A stretch of 64,000 nt of DNA from Eledone cirrhosa (lineage: Eukaryota), in the NCBI GenBank assembly GCA_964016885.1, contig OZ024746.1:49786001-49850000 (forward strand), written 5' to 3'. The notes beneath the pieces were generated by a model. The model ran no database searches. It was not told the DNA's origin and worked only from the letters and a program-made list of their open reading frames with translations. This document shows positions 42,451 through 56,887 of the stretch, piece after piece. Position 1 is the first letter of the stretch, and every line of letters starts with the position of its first letter. Made by a program: the position numbers and the translations under genes.

Positions 42451-44095
42451 TTAGCTCCAGCAGACCCACCATCAAACCACTTATCCCTTCCTTTGAAGGA
42501 TTAGGTGGAGCAGATGATCCAGTGTTTCTCCCCTGTATTAAGATGACATAGTGTGATTTCAGGGAATTCTGGCTGCTAGTTCTAGCAGGTTGAGCGACCG
42601 AGTAGAGACTCCTTCATCGGCTCGAGTCTATGTGCTGATGTTGTTGTTACATAGCTCTAGGTCTAGTTTGATTGAATACAATCAAATACGCTCCAACTGT
42701 AGCCCTTCTGTTGTTTATGTACATCAAGGTCTAAATTATCTAATAAGCTCTTTGTTTTTTTAAGAAGGTAGACTAAGATTTAAAGAATTATCTGCTATGT
42801 AGGTCATCGAGCGACCATATCGATGTAGCCTTGTTGGCCTGCATGATATTATATAGTTATTGTTTGTGAAACATGGAAATGTGAAATAGTGGAATAGTAG
42901 AATAGCTGAAAGGCAGAATGCTAGCAATATTGAAAGGATCGATGTGGTGCAATGCGGTATACGCTATAACTTAAATACATCATCATATCTGGATATGTTA
43001 TGATGTAATATCATACTTTATTAACTTGGCATGCTGTGGCATACGGAATTTATTTCAATGATTTCGCCAAAACTGAAAGGATAGCACCCATGGCCTTTTC
43101 CAAGTCCCTCGAACCTGATGGGTGGGGTGGAAGCGAGGACGTCCCAACGATTCATTGGTTGGCAAATTTAGAAGCTCTGCATCAAAATATCGATTTATTT
43201 ATCTTTAAATCAGAGGCCTGATCCAAATGCTTGCAGCAAAGTGAACTCCACTAAAGGCACCCAAAAGCCAGGTGATGGTGTAAATATAAATCGTAAATAT
43301 CGTATATATATAATGGGTGGATTCCTGATGGGTATCGGGAGGTGATCTCGGTTAAAAAAAAAGGTACTCAATACGTTAGTAGAGTAAAGGCATCTTCATT
43401 TCATATATAAATGACATTTACAGGACTAGAACTATTTAATTTGAAAAAGTTAAGTGTGCTCTTTGAATGCTTCAGGGAATCTGATCCCCGCTGATTTGCG
43501 AACAAAAGAAGACTGTGTATGCTGTGCGGTTTGTGTGCGAAGGACCATGGGAAGAAGAGAAAGTCATAAAAAAAATTAATAGTATATAGCAAAAAGATAA
43601 AAAGAAATCACCAATTAACACTGAGTGTAATAATATAATATTGATGAATCTCAACGAATTGCTATAGACTACTGATTCATTGTTTATATCCCAAAACGAT
43701 AAATTGACAAAAATTTGCTTTAAGGCTGTAAAGCTGTAAAGTGTTATTTTGTAAACAATAGAAGTATGTGCCTCCTTCGGGGATACAATGGTTATACAGA
43801 AGTTGATTATTCTGGAGTGAATAACATGCTTCTTAGTCTACAATTTTACGTATAGGATAACACAGCATATTGATCTGTTTATTTATGAAAACTTAGGTCG
43901 ACTATAGAGTAACTTTCTAGTATATATTAGCAAAAACAACAACAAAACAATAAACATGCAAACAAGAAACATGCACACATGCACAAAAAGCAAAAACAAA
44001 AACAAAGGGTAGAGTCGACTTTATGAGATCAACTTTTACGGTTGAATACACACATATATATACATATATGTATATGTACGTATACACACACACTC

Positions 44096-44213
44096 ATCCG
44101 AGCAAAGAAGGAGGCCTACAAAGCTTGGCTTGGAAATAAGTCACCCCTCTTGTACTTGCGGTACAAGCAGGCATGAAGAATCGCCGCAGAGATAGTAAAG
44201 GCGTTCCAAGTTA

Positions 44214-44219
<6 letters not shown>
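44096..44219 (+). mobile_element. Short RTE-like LINE linker fragment
   Basis: Translates IRAKKEAYKAWL..RYKQA*RIAAEIVK. Confidence 0.4.
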
Positions 44220-44267
<48 letters not shown>

Positions 44268-44268
<1 letters not shown>

Positions 44269-46120
44269 CGTTTCTGAATTTGTTTAGCAAGATTCTTTAT
44301 CTGAAATCGTGTGTTGTAACCGATATTGTTATACTTTGGGAGGGTCATGTTGCCAATAAGAAACACACGCACCAGCTGCTTTCACTTCAATTTATTATAT
44401 ATTTATAAATTTATAAATTTACAAACTTATAAATTTCTGGTTGGTTGGTTGGTTCCACAACCAGATAGTTGTTTATATATAGTCATAGTCCTTTCGTCAC
44501 ACACTCTGTGACCTCTTCAGTGACTGGGGATTCCTTTCTTCGTTTCTGTGCCTTTCCTTTCTTCTATCCTACGCCATTTTGTTTCTGTGTGTGTGCTGTG
44601 TGCTCAGTTTGCACATGCGCCACATCCAGGTGTCTGTGTGTGTTTGTGTTCATTTATCTATTTGTTTATTTATTTATTTATTTATTGTTGGTTGGTTGTT
44701 TGTTCTATGTGTGTGTGTGTTTTCATTTTGTCCTGTGTGTGTTTGCATTTTGTGTGTGTTTTCATTTTGTCCTTAATTGTAAGTTGTTTGTTCTATGTGT
44801 GTGTGTGTTTTCATTTTGTCCTTAATTGTAAGTTGTGATGTTGCTGTTCCACTCATATTTTCTATTTAATTTTGGTTTTAATTCTTTTATGCTTACTGCC
44901 TCTGTAATTTGCCTAAACATTGCGTCTTTTCTGTGTGTGGATTCCATTTTTATTTCTATGCTCTCTAATCTACCCCTGTGTTCTATCTTAGCATGTTGGT
45001 AGAGCACAGATGATTCTTTATTATCTTGGAGGTCTCGCCAGTGTTCATTTATTCGTTCCCCTATACTACGAGCTGTCTCACCTATGTACACTATATTTTT
45101 GTTTCTACATTGTCCTTCAGTACATCTTATGCTATACACTACATTTCTAGTTTTACAGTTAATATGGGGGCTTATTTTACAGGTTATACATTTCTTATCT
45201 ATACATGAGGGTCTTTGGAACGGGTATGTCTTGCTAATAAGTGTTTTTACGGAGGTACCAGGTCTTTCTACTATCTTAATATTGAGATTATGTTTATTTA
45301 GGGCCCTTCTAAATTTGTAGGCTAGTTCGCCTCTAGGGGTTGTATTGATGAACATTACACTCTGGTATTTATTGCTATCATACCATGAGTTTATTCTATT
45401 GGCCTTGTTCCTAGTTCTTTCTATTCTATTCCAAAATTTGCTCCTATACAAGGGGCAGGTCCCATTTATGTCATTATTTACCATTTTTTCCCATTTGGTT
45501 CTGGCTCCTTTATACACTCTGATTCTATCTCTCTGATTGTAGCCAGAGAACTGCATACGGTGGATGAGGGTGTTGTATGTGTCTCTCTAGTTCTTCGGGG
45601 TTGCACATGCGGGACACATTTCTCATCACCCGTACCAAATAGGCAATCAGTATGTTGATTTTGGTATGGTCCGAATTGGCCGAGTTTCGGTGGATCAGAT
45701 GTTTGGAAGTCATGGGTTTGGCATAATGGGAATGGAGGATTTGTTTATGGTTGTTAATGGTATCTAACCAGAGCTCTGTGTCTAGTACAGGTAATCGATG
45801 GTTGGGGTGTCTACTTGGGTAGTCTATAGTAACTCTAATGCTCTGGTGGATGGAGTTTGCTATTTGCTGGATGCTTTCCATTGTGTTTTTCTCTAGTTCC
45901 TGACTGTTCTTTAGTGGGGGTGTCTTAACTACGATGTTTATATCCTCTACGTAGCGGGAGTACATTATCAGGGTTAAGCTGTCTTCTAATTGTTCATTAA
46001 GTTTTTGTTTAAGTCTACTGTCCCACCATACCATGAATAAGTTAGCTATGTCGCCTGCAATGCTAACACCAATGGTTGCTCCTTCCTCTTGGGCATATGT
46101 TTTACCATTAAATTTGAACA
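44268..46120 (-). mobile_element. Nematis-like PLE, left arm of a head-to-head inverted insertion (partial RT, GIY-YIG, 3' UTR with HHR at 44481-44525)
   Basis: ORFs 45525-46121 and 44822-45556 (frameshift ~45567); closely similar to 36634-38235. Confidence 0.92.
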
Positions 46121-47483
46121 AACTCGGCCATTTCGGACCATACCAAAATCAACATACTGATTGCGGATTTGGTACGGGTGATGAGAAATGTGTCCCGCAT
46201 GTGCAACCCCGAAGAACTAGAGAGACACATACAACACTTCATCCACCGTATGCAGTTCTCTGGCTACAATCAGTGAGATAGAATCAGAGTGTATAAAGGA
46301 GCCAGAACCAAATGGGAAAAAATGGTAAATAATGACATAAATGGGACCTGCCCCTTGTATAGGAGCAAATTTTGGAATAGAATAGAAAGAACTAGGAACA
46401 AGGCCAATAGAATAAACTCATGGTATGATAGCAATAAATACCAGAGTGTAATGTTCATCAATACAACCCCTAGAGGCGAACTAGCCTACAAATTTAGAAG
46501 GGCCCTAAATAAACATAATCTCAATATTAAGATAGTAGAAAGACCTGGTACCTCCGTAAAAACACTTATTAGCAAGACATACCCGTTCCAAAGACCCTCA
46601 TGTATAGATAAGAAATGTATAACCTGTAAAATAAGCCCCCATATTAACTGTAAAACTAGAAATGTAGTGTATAGCATAAGATGTACTGAAGGACAATGTA
46701 GAAACAAAAATATAGTGTACATAGGTGAGACAGCTCGTAGTATAGGGGAACGAATAAATGAACACTGGCGAGACCTCCAAGATAATAAAGAATCATCTGT
46801 GCTCTACCAACATGCTAAGATAGAACACAGGGGTAGATTAGAGAGCATAGAAATAAAAATGGAATCCACACACAGAAAAGACGCAATGTTTAGGCAAATT
46901 ACAGAGGCAGTAAGCATAAAAGAATTAAAACCAAAATTAAATAGAAAATATGAGTGGAACAGCAACATCACAACTTACAATTAAGGACAAAATGAAAACA
47001 CACACACACATAGAACAAACAACTTACAATTAAGGACAAAATGAAAACACACACAAAATGCAAACACACACAGGACAAAATGAAAACACACACACACATA
47101 GAACAAACAACCAACCAACAATAAATAAATAAATAAATAAACAAATAGATAAATGAACACAAACACACACAGACACCTGGATGTGGCGCATGTGCAAACT
47201 GAGCACACAGCACACACACAGAAACAAAATGGCGTAGGATAGAAGAAAGGAAAGGCACAGAAACGAAGAAAGGAATCCCCAGTCACTGAAGAGGTCACAG
47301 AGTGTGTGACGAAAGGACTATGACTATATATAAACAACTATCTGGTTGTGGAACCAACCAACCAACCAGAAATTTATAAGTTTGTAAATTTGTAAATTTA
47401 TAAATTTATAAATATATAATAAATTGAAGTGAAAGCGACTGGTGCGTGTGTTTCTTATTGGCAACATGACCCTCCCAAAGTAT

Positions 47484-47489
<6 letters not shown>
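46121..47489 (+). mobile_element. Nematis-like PLE, right arm (thumb, GIY-YIG, 3' UTR)
   Basis: Reverse complement of 44323-45687 with a few differences; ORF 46289-46984; ends in (TA)n ~55 nt short of the left-arm 3' end. Confidence 0.92.
47281..47325 (+). ncRNA. Minimal HHR in PLE 3' UTR (also 44481-44525 minus; 36839-36883 minus is mutated)
   Basis: AGUCA-CUGAAGA-G-GUCAC AGAGUGU GUGAC-GAAA-GGAC-UA/UGACU. Confidence 0.7.
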
Positions 47490-47554
<65 letters not shown>

Positions 47555-48118
47555 TGTATATATGCATATCCATTGATTGGTTAATTATTTATGTTTGTTT
47601 AATAACGTCTAGTCAAGATCTTTTCATTCGGAATGTGGAACGGAATTGATTTCCTTCGTTCACACTTTCAATTTGCGCACCAAAAACCGGGGGTTACTTC
47701 CCTTGTTTCAAATAACATGTGACAGTGAAACAATGAGGGCTGCCAATGGTAGCAGTTCAGCGTTACATTCCACACCGGCTTGAGGCATAGAATGAAATTT
47801 TCTGTTGATGACGTGAATCCTCTGTTCGATCATGGAATACCACAGGCCTACATATTACGTAATTTGGATGGATGATTTCGTTTTCATAGAAACCTATCGG
47901 ACGTATTGCAAAATATCGTTCGATATGTCCAGGTCAGTTGTCTAACCTGATTAGTCTTTTCGCTGTTTTTGGTATTGTGCAATTTTCAATTTGTCAAGCT
48001 CTCTAAACGTATGTTATTACTCTAAGAGCTACTACCTTATTGAGTGCTTTGCTGCTCATTCCTAATTGTAGGTCGTTAGCTTGGCCATAGCCAAAGCTTC
48101 GATTTTACTAAGCTTCCA

Positions 48119-48151
<33 letters not shown>

Positions 48152-48154
<3 letters not shown>

Positions 48155-48281
48155 AAAAGAGTCAGGACCCCAACGGCTGAGCTCCGGCCGTTTGGACAGC
48201 TAGATCCGACTCTACTACCCTAAGTATCGAGTACTCTGGTGCGTTATGGTCCACCTGGTTCCTTACCACATTTTCTTTGTT
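48152..48281. mobile_element. Half-hammerhead short element with twin-priming-like inversion/deletion
   Basis: 48152-48209 inverted relative to 48210-48281; TTACCCA missing at the junction; (TA)n both sides. Confidence 0.8.
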
Positions 48282-48322
48282 ATATATATATATATACACG
48301 TGCACACACACTCACACACACA

Positions 48323-48417
<95 letters not shown>

Positions 48418-48622
48418 ACAAAGTGAGCAGCAAAGTCATATATTGTAAATGCGGCTTAAGATCACACTTAGAAACAATACTTCTTGGTGGTAAAAGTGGG
48501 TTTTGTTTGGCCACTAATTACATCCGAAGTAATTCTCTGTGCTTGTCAGTTTCGGTTCAAATCTCACAAACTGTATGTCTGTATCAGATAAACTGAAGAA
48601 ACAACAAAAATATAAAAATAAT

Positions 48623-48808
48623 AATTGCTTCTACTTTTGGCACAAGGCCAGCAAATCACCCCAGTGTATTACTGGTACTTTATTTTATCGACCCCGTTAT
48701 GATGAAAGGCAAAGTTAACCTCGGCGGGATTTGAACTCAGACCGTAAAGGGCCTTAACTCTATGCTGCAAAGCATGGTGTCAGACGCTCTACTGATACTG
48801 CCAATCCA
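48623..48808 (-). mobile_element. tRNA-derived SINE (family of 14256)
   Basis: Full match including A/B boxes. Confidence 0.85.
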
Positions 48809-49135
48809 ATAATAATAATAATAAACGATTTACAAACAGAAAACAACAACAGCAACATCAAAGAAAAATAAAAAAAATTGAAATTTGAAAATGCGCGAAT
48901 ATTGTCATACTTTTGCAACTCGGTGGGCGGATAACTCTTCTTTTCCTTTCGGCTTTATTATGGTAATAGAAGCACAACACGGATAGATAGAGATGTAAGG
49001 TAAATTTATGAGTTTGTGTATTTTTAGTAAACACATGTTTAACCTCATTATAAAGTGTAGATGAAAAGTATTATCTACATTTAATAGCGAAGCTGAGACT
49101 GCGGATTTAATATAAACACATGTTCGTAAATTTAC

Positions 49136-49167
<32 letters not shown>

Positions 49168-50074
49168 TTACATCACATCACACATACACACACATACACA
49201 CACATACACACATCACATCACATCACACACACACATCACATCACACATACACACACATACACACATCACACATACACACACACACATACGCACACACATC
49301 ACACATATCACATCATATCACATATATCACATCACATCACACATAGGATGTGTAGTTGGTTAGCCACGTTGATTTCAATTTCTAGTGATAGATTAAACTT
49401 AATATTTATTTTCTATCTAATTATTTCCATGGAAACCCTAGAAGATAAAACTGTAGAAGATAAATGGATTATGAAGTGGAGTTTCGAGAAAGATAACACC
49501 GTATCACCAAAATATGTCTCATCAACGATCTGTGGAATGAAATGAAAAAGTTGATCGCTAACAGATTTGAACTCAAAATATAAACGGATGAAACTAAATG
49601 CTCAAATACATTTAGTTTGGCCCTTTATCACTTTTGTTAACTCGCACTCAAATTTTGTTTTCAAATTTTTTAATAATTGAAGCGAATGAGGTTGTGTGAT
49701 TGTCATGTCTTTCTGAAAGTTTTGTTTTAAGCTGCATACTGAATTAGTTTCAATCGTGATGTTAAACCAAGTTTCTTCGAAACCAACCCTATGACTTCTT
49801 CGCTTGGAAGCTAGCATTTTATTCATAACATTCACTATCAAGAGAACATATTGGGGAATCTGTGGATCCTTAATCGGTTTAATTGCTAAGAGTTTTAGGT
49901 GCCATGCAGTAGCGAGCAGACACAGACACTCATGATCTTCACTCCTTTGATCCAGCGGAACATCCAGGATATGACAGCTGGAAGTAGAAGGATCTGCACC
50001 AGCACATGACTGGTATGTTATTTACCAAGCTCAAAAGGATTAAAATCAAACAGTTGTTTGATTAACTGAACGTC

Positions 50075-50340
50075 CAACTCATGAATTAGCGTGTGAGTGG
50101 TTGAGTATTCCGTACACACACGTATCATTAACGTAATTCCCAAGGCAAATCATATGTGACAAGGCTGAACTTTTGAATTGCAAGTATAATCCATCCAACT
50201 CACTTCTACCAAATTTCACTCATAAGGATTGGGTCGACCCAAGTGTATGGTCAATGGGCTTTCCCTAGGTGTCATGTAGTAGCTTTGAGTCCGGGATCTC
50301 ATGGTTGCGAAGCGAAAGTTTAACCACTCATACATGCCTG
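50075..50340 (-). mobile_element. Decayed SINE-like repeat (family of 13845)
   Basis: Similarity to 13845-14100. Confidence 0.5.
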
Positions 50341-51252
50341 CGTCAAGTGAAGCGAAATTACTTCAGTTAAAACTAGAAATTATCCCATTGACTTATTGTT
50401 GTTTAGACCAAAGCCAGAACTGAAAGTGTAGACCCATAATTAAAAACATTCGAACAATAACCATCCCATAATTTTCATTTTTTTTAGTATATCTATATTG
50501 TAGATCCATATTGTACCAATGTCACCTCCATTTAAGATGATAGAGAACGATTTGCGGGGACATAAGCCTGCTATTTCTAAAAAGGCAGGCAACAACCTCA
50601 AAGGAAGTTAAGTTTTGTTCAAAAAATTTCACCCATATATGGAGAACAGTACAACCTATTGAATGGGTGGTAGTATACATTTGTTTCTATTTCATCAAAC
50701 TGTAATCATACAATTTGCTACGTTTATATTTGTTAATGTAGTACAATAGCCACGTAATTCCCCCTCCCCCTCATCCAGAAAATAGCTGAAACATCCTACA
50801 CATTATCTGTCGTTCCACGATCTAATAATTCTGACAATTCACTACCCTGGACTTGCTTTATAATTTATAATGAGTATAAATGTAATTCATATATATATCC
50901 ATATAAGGCAGGATATATAAATATATAACGTGAATATAATTACTAATAACTGATGCTTATGTAGTTTAACTTGTACGTTCGTATATGACCTTTGGGCTGA
51001 CAGCATGCAATTGATTGGTAATTATGTAGAATGTTTGCTTACAATGAAATTTCCATAAATGGATTTTTGCACTAACCAATGAGAGATGAACATGTATGGA
51101 TTTTTAGCGGTAGTTAATCATAAACAAGTAGGTGTTTTATCCACATCACAACAAAGAGCAACGGACATCGTTTTAGGGAGACAATTGTAAGTTAACATAT
51201 AGCTTATATACCATAAGAACGTGATATACATATATATACATGAACAATTCAT

Positions 51253-51412
51253 ACCCCGACGGCTGAGCTCCGGCCGTTTCAACAGCTAGATCTGAACGCT
51301 GTTGAAACGGCCAGAGCTTAGCCGTCGGAGTCCTGAATTTTTCATATTACCCACTCTACTACCCCAAGTATCGAGTACTCTGGTAACTAATGGTCTAACT
51401 GGTTTTTACCGC
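51253..51412. mobile_element. Half-hammerhead short element with inverted 5' arm
   Basis: 51253-51297 inverted versus 51298-51332; followed by a SINE fragment 51414-51545. Confidence 0.7.
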
Positions 51413-52203
51413 CTCCATTCTGAGTTGAAATCCCACCGACGTCGATAAATATGTACCAGTCTAGTACTGGGGTCGATTCTTCCTCTCTCTGGAAGAAATC
51501 TTTCACAAAAACACCATACCCAGATTTGTGCCTCGGAAAGAAATTTTCTAGGTACAAATCCATGGCTATATATGTATACATTAAACCACACAGAATACAA
51601 GGCAATCTATTACGTAAACATGTTTAACATTTTCGTGTGACAGTTAAGATTAAGAAAACATGTATCAACAACTGAGCTATCTGGACTTCGAGATCCCTTA
51701 GATTTCTTTCGAGTAAACAAGATTTATTTGCTAGCAGATTCGATCGCAGATAATTCTTAAGTATTCTGTTACACAGAAAAAGTAATATTATTTCGGTAAA
51801 AATCAACCACCGCTAATTATGCATTACTCAAAACAGCATATGATGTGATCTGTCATATGTATGTAAATCTATCTTATAAATATTTATAGATTTCACGACA
51901 TAAATAGAGTCAAATATTTGATCTTTCGTAGTCATTTAATCAATATCTATAGGTCAATGGCAACAAGAATAGAAAACGGGACTCTGGTCGTCCAAATGCT
52001 GGCAATAGAGTAAGCTCCGTTAAAAGTTACACAAAAGTCAAATGTTATCTATAGAATATTCCACCACTTACTCCAAAATGGCCAAACATTTTAGAGAAAA
52101 GCAGAGTCGACTAGACTGGACTTCATGATTTTACTAGTATTTATTTTATCGACGCCAGAAGGATGATAAACGAAAAGCAAATCTTTTGATATATGTGTGT
52201 GAG

Positions 52204-52281
<78 letters not shown>

Positions 52282-52292
52282 CATGTGTGTGA

Positions 52293-52364
<72 letters not shown>

Positions 52365-52721
52365 CAACATCAGTGGTGCTTTTTCAAGACACGTAAATTT
52401 GAAGTGAGCATGAGGGATTGTTAATCAGCTCTAATTTCTCTAGGAAATTACATACTTCAAAAGGTGCGTTATTTAACAGGCGATGATTGCAATTTTTGTA
52501 TATTTCCTCGAAGGAGAATTAACAGCGTTGTGTAGAGCAATGTGAAGTTGCACGATCAGTAATCAATACTACGATGCGGTGTGGATTTACCGGGAGCTTT
52601 CTTGCTTACGATTGTTACCACTAGAGAGACAATAATGAGCCAACCAGGGAGATGGTATGCAATCATTTTAAAGGATAATGGAATCCTGCTTATATATATA
52701 TATATATATACATATACTTAT

Positions 52722-52787
<66 letters not shown>

Positions 52788-52802
52788 TTAAATATATATA
52801 AT

Positions 52803-52992
52803 AATTGTTTCTACTTTTGGCACAAGGCCAGCAATTATCCAAGTGTATTACTGGTGCTTTATTTTATCGACACCATAAGGATGAAAGGCAAAGTTAAATT
52901 CAGCGGGATTTGAACTCAGACCGTAAAGGGCCGTAACTCTTTGCTGCAAAGCATGGCGTCAGATCCTCTACCGATACTGCCAATCCACCGCC
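52803..52992 (-). mobile_element. tRNA-derived SINE (family of 14256)
   Basis: Full match including A/B boxes. Confidence 0.85.
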
Positions 52993-53048
52993 CTTATAAT
53001 AAAATAAAACAAGGACGATTGGTTACTCCTTCATTACGTTTATTGGTT

Positions 53049-53133
53049 GGTGACGCGCATTTCGCCACTGATCAGCTCAAGGTTCGATCTGTATCGATCT
53101 AGCCCGACTCTGTAACCCACGGCTCGTCAGACC
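53049..53133 (-). ncRNA. Candidate type I HHR with 60-nt stem II region
   Basis: GGU-CUGACGA-GCCG...UGGC-GAAA-UGCGCG-UC/ACC; core perfect, stem I only 3 bp. Confidence 0.55.
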
Positions 53134-53272
53134 GCTTTTAATGGTTATCATTCCTCCTTGTTTTATTTTATTATAATACACTCTGTCTAGCTCTACACAT
53201 CGACACAGAAGTGAACCTAAACATTGAGTGCTCACCCGGGTGAACCTACATAAACTCCACGTTACACTCCCG

Positions 53273-53301
<29 letters not shown>

Positions 53302-53303
<2 letters not shown>

Positions 53304-54268
53304 ACTGATAAGTTTCAAAAAGCTGGTATAAGGCAGTAGAAATATATAAAGAGCAAAGGATGACAAATAAAACAAAGCAATGTAATGTTTTACCCAGCAT
53401 ATTTCAACATGATATTTCAGGACTAACACCTGCTTTTCAAATGTGAAGCAGAAACCGTTAAAAACGTATCTGAAATACAGATGCGATAAATCATTATAGT
53501 AGTCAATCTGCTTCGTGTATGTCCAATCTATTATTTATCTGTGTTTTTTACTCTGGCTAATGATTATAGCCTCTTTGATTCTTAAATTGCCCACTTTCAT
53601 TTCTGTCATCTCCATAGTGACCTCAAAGTCTTGGCTGCGGCATCTGTCAAGATGTTTTTTTGACAGAACCTCTTGTCGTTTTGTGCTGCTTGAGTCGTAT
53701 GTGCAGCATCCGGACAATATTTCCGATGTACGAAGAGTTATAATTTTTACATGTAACCTTGTAGACCACATACGCTCTCCTGCGCATTTCGGCGTTGTTG
53801 ATCGGAAAATTTGGAAGTGTGCTTATGTCGTTGTATGCAGGTCGGTGTCCGCGGAGCAGTCTCTTCAACGGGGGTTTCGAGTACGGCAGCTGTATATCCA
53901 GGCCCTCCCTACAGATGACTTGCCTGATAGAATTCCACAGTGCTGGTATGTTTGTCCCTACCTTCGCTGAGCCTGTTAAGCACCCGGAAGATGTCATTTT
54001 GGCTCTGTAGGGAAGGGCAGAATCATGGTGCACAAAAATGTCTCTGCAGGCATCCTTCTTGTAAAATAGGGTGTATAGGGATCCCTCCTCTGTGACTCTT
54101 AGTGTAAAGTCACGCAGAGAGAGGGATCCAGTGTTGTCTGGGTCTTCAACCTCAAAGTTCACTTTGTGTGTCTACGTCTTCGAAGATATTGTAAATCTTG
54201 ACTGCTTCTTCGTGTGATGAAGTGAGCATAAGGATAGCACAATGCTTCGTATTAACTGTACTACTTTA
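53302..54268 (-). mobile_element. Decayed PLE 3' fragment (thumb + GIY-YIG + UTR with degenerate HHR at 53403-53447)
   Basis: SLSLRDFTL..FYKK..FVHHDSALP; VVYKVTCKN..SYIG..LHIRLKQH..LRIKEAIII. Confidence 0.8.
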
Positions 54269-54279
54269 TATATATATAT

Positions 54280-56200
54280 AAACCCACCACCTTAGCAACT
54301 TCATTGATACCCTTCTCAAGCCTTTTCTCAAACATATCAAAAGCTATATAAAGGACGAACTAGATATGCTCAATGTGGCTGGATAATTACCACAATGAAC
54401 TCCCTCAACGCATCAAAAAAGAATTCGTGATAGAGGGACTCAAATTTATCTTGGAGAACAATTACTTCGTTTTCAATAACAAACCCTACAGGCAGAAATC
54501 TGGGACAGCTATGGGAACGAAAACAGCCGCCACTTATGCCAACCTAGTCATGGGATACCTGGAAATCACCCTCTACACTAAAGTCCTAAACAAATTTGGA
54601 AACACTCTCCACTTACACATAGAAAGGAACTGGAAGCGATATCTAGATGACTGCTTCATCCTTTAGCACGAAAACATCGAGAAACTTAAAGAATTTCACA
54701 CCCTTATAAATGGGCTCAACAAGAAAATTAACTTCACGATGGAATACAGCCATCAACAACTCCTCTTCCTCGACATCCTCATTAAGATTCATAACAAAAA
54801 AATAGAAACAGACATATACTACAAGCCCACAGACTCCAAGCAATATCTCCCTTTCAACTCTTGCCACCCTAGACACGTTAAAATTAATATTCCCTAGAAC
54901 TTAGCCAAGAGAATCTGTACTATAGTCTCCAATAAAAACACCTGCTACTTACGGCTACAAGAACTAAAGGACACACTCATAGGCAGGGACTACCCTGCAT
55001 CACTAATTGACAATGGAATCCAACGTGCCCCAAAACTCAGTACCCAGGATCTTAGACAGCCTAAAGTAAATCAATCTAAACTAAAAGCTCTTCCATACAT
55101 CTCCACACACAAACCCTCAACAATGAGGCCTTTGACACCATCCTCCAGAACATCCCTGTGTTGAAAAAGGACCATAGAATGAACCAAATCCTACGAACAC
55201 ACGATATCATAAATAGCAAAAGACAATCTAAGTCAATGAAAAACATCCTAACACATGCCAAAGTACTGCCAACCACAACAACGAAACTCACAGTAAAAAA
55301 ATAAGATAGAACCAACTGTGGCATATGCATCAACCTAATAGAGGGTTCGGAATTCTATTTCAAAGAAGGACAACGTTTTATAGTAAAACACAATTTCACA
55401 TGCGCATCAGAAAATCTAATATATGTATTAACTTGCTCAGGTTGTCGAGAACAATACATAGGCCAGACCAAAAACATGACTGTCCATAGATCCCAAATTA
55501 AAATACGGGAATACAGGAAAATACCACTGAGTGAACACATTGATACCTGTGCCGCCCCAAATCATCCCAACTTCAGAATCTTTCCCCTCTACAAATTTAA
55601 AGATAATGCCACCCACACCCAGCGCATCAGCAAGGAATCTCACTTTATTAACAAATACGGACCCCGTCTAAACACTTCTCCCTAAGACGAACCCACAACA
55701 TACACACGTCAACATAGATACCTATATCAGCATACATCTCTATCCACATATAAACACAATGACATACGTAAACACACATGTTCTATGGTGCAACACAAAT
55801 ATACACAAATTTGCATACCTTTTGATGTCTATAGATATAAACGTGCCCACACACACACATGCATAAACGCACACATGTATTGCACACTGATGGGCACATA
55901 CATATTTGTACACAAGTATTCCAATACGGCAAGGCCTAATGGATTCCCCTTGCAGTACGTACAATCTGGACACTCACACACACCTTGGTATTATGCCAAT
56001 ACTATATATCATTTCACACCTTTTATTATTAAGGTTTTTTATGTTGTATTGAGAGAATCGTTTTTACTGAAAACATCGAATAATGTATACCATTTTACCA
56101 GTATCACAAAAATACTGGTCCACCCCCACACACACACACACATTATCACACACACACATATATACACACACACATACACACGCGTACATTAACATACAAA

Positions 56201-56282
<82 letters not shown>

Positions 56283-56692
56283 TATTTGTTTTGAAAGACT
56301 TATTTTTTAGTGACTTCTCAATCAGCCTACACAAACCTACATTTGGCGCAAAATCAATTTTTAACATTCACATGACCTCTAACGACCAATCAAAATTGTT
56401 TTGACCACAAGAATTTTTGCAACACGAATTGGCGCGAAACTTATTTTAATACATCTGGAGCCACTTTTTTCACATAAAACAGGTAGAATTTCCAAAACTA
56501 ATCAGATGAGAGCAAACATCACGGGCGCTCTATCTCAAAATTATTTTTGAAAAGCATTAGAAATGCGCAACCAGTAAAACTTAAGACCAAAACTGAATAC
56601 TAACCAATACTATTACTAATTTTCACTTATTCCTAATTAAACTATTTTTCACTGTGAACAATTTGTCAGCATTTTCTTTTCCGTTTACCAAT
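54280..56692 (+). mobile_element. 5'-truncated PLE (Neptune-like): RT, Cys linker, GIY-YIG, long 3' UTR
   Basis: GTAMGTKTAATYANLVMG, RYLDDCF, YKPTDSKQYL..SCHP, CGIC, FTCASENLIYVLTCSGCREQYIGQT; several stops and frameshifts; (TA)n both ends. Confidence 0.9.
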
Positions 56693-56783
56693 ATATATAT
56701 ATATATATCCAGGAAGCTCCAACCGCCTAGGTTGTCTTTTTTCAGGGTATGTTAATATTTATTTATAAAACTAATCTGTATTA

Positions 56784-56849
56784 TATTTTATCTGATGAAA
56801 GCGCACCATAATTTGCCTTGGCGGCCCTTGAAATATGTATAATAAAATA
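56784..56849 (+). ncRNA. Type I HHR in a ~185-bp solo element (56708-56892) between (TA)n tracts
   Basis: UAUUUUAU-CUGAUGA-AAGCGC...GCG(GCC)CUU-GAAA-UAUGUA-UA/AUAAAAUA. Confidence 0.7.
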
Positions 56850-56887
56850 AATATGGTTCGATAAATGTAGTTTCCATTTATTAATAT

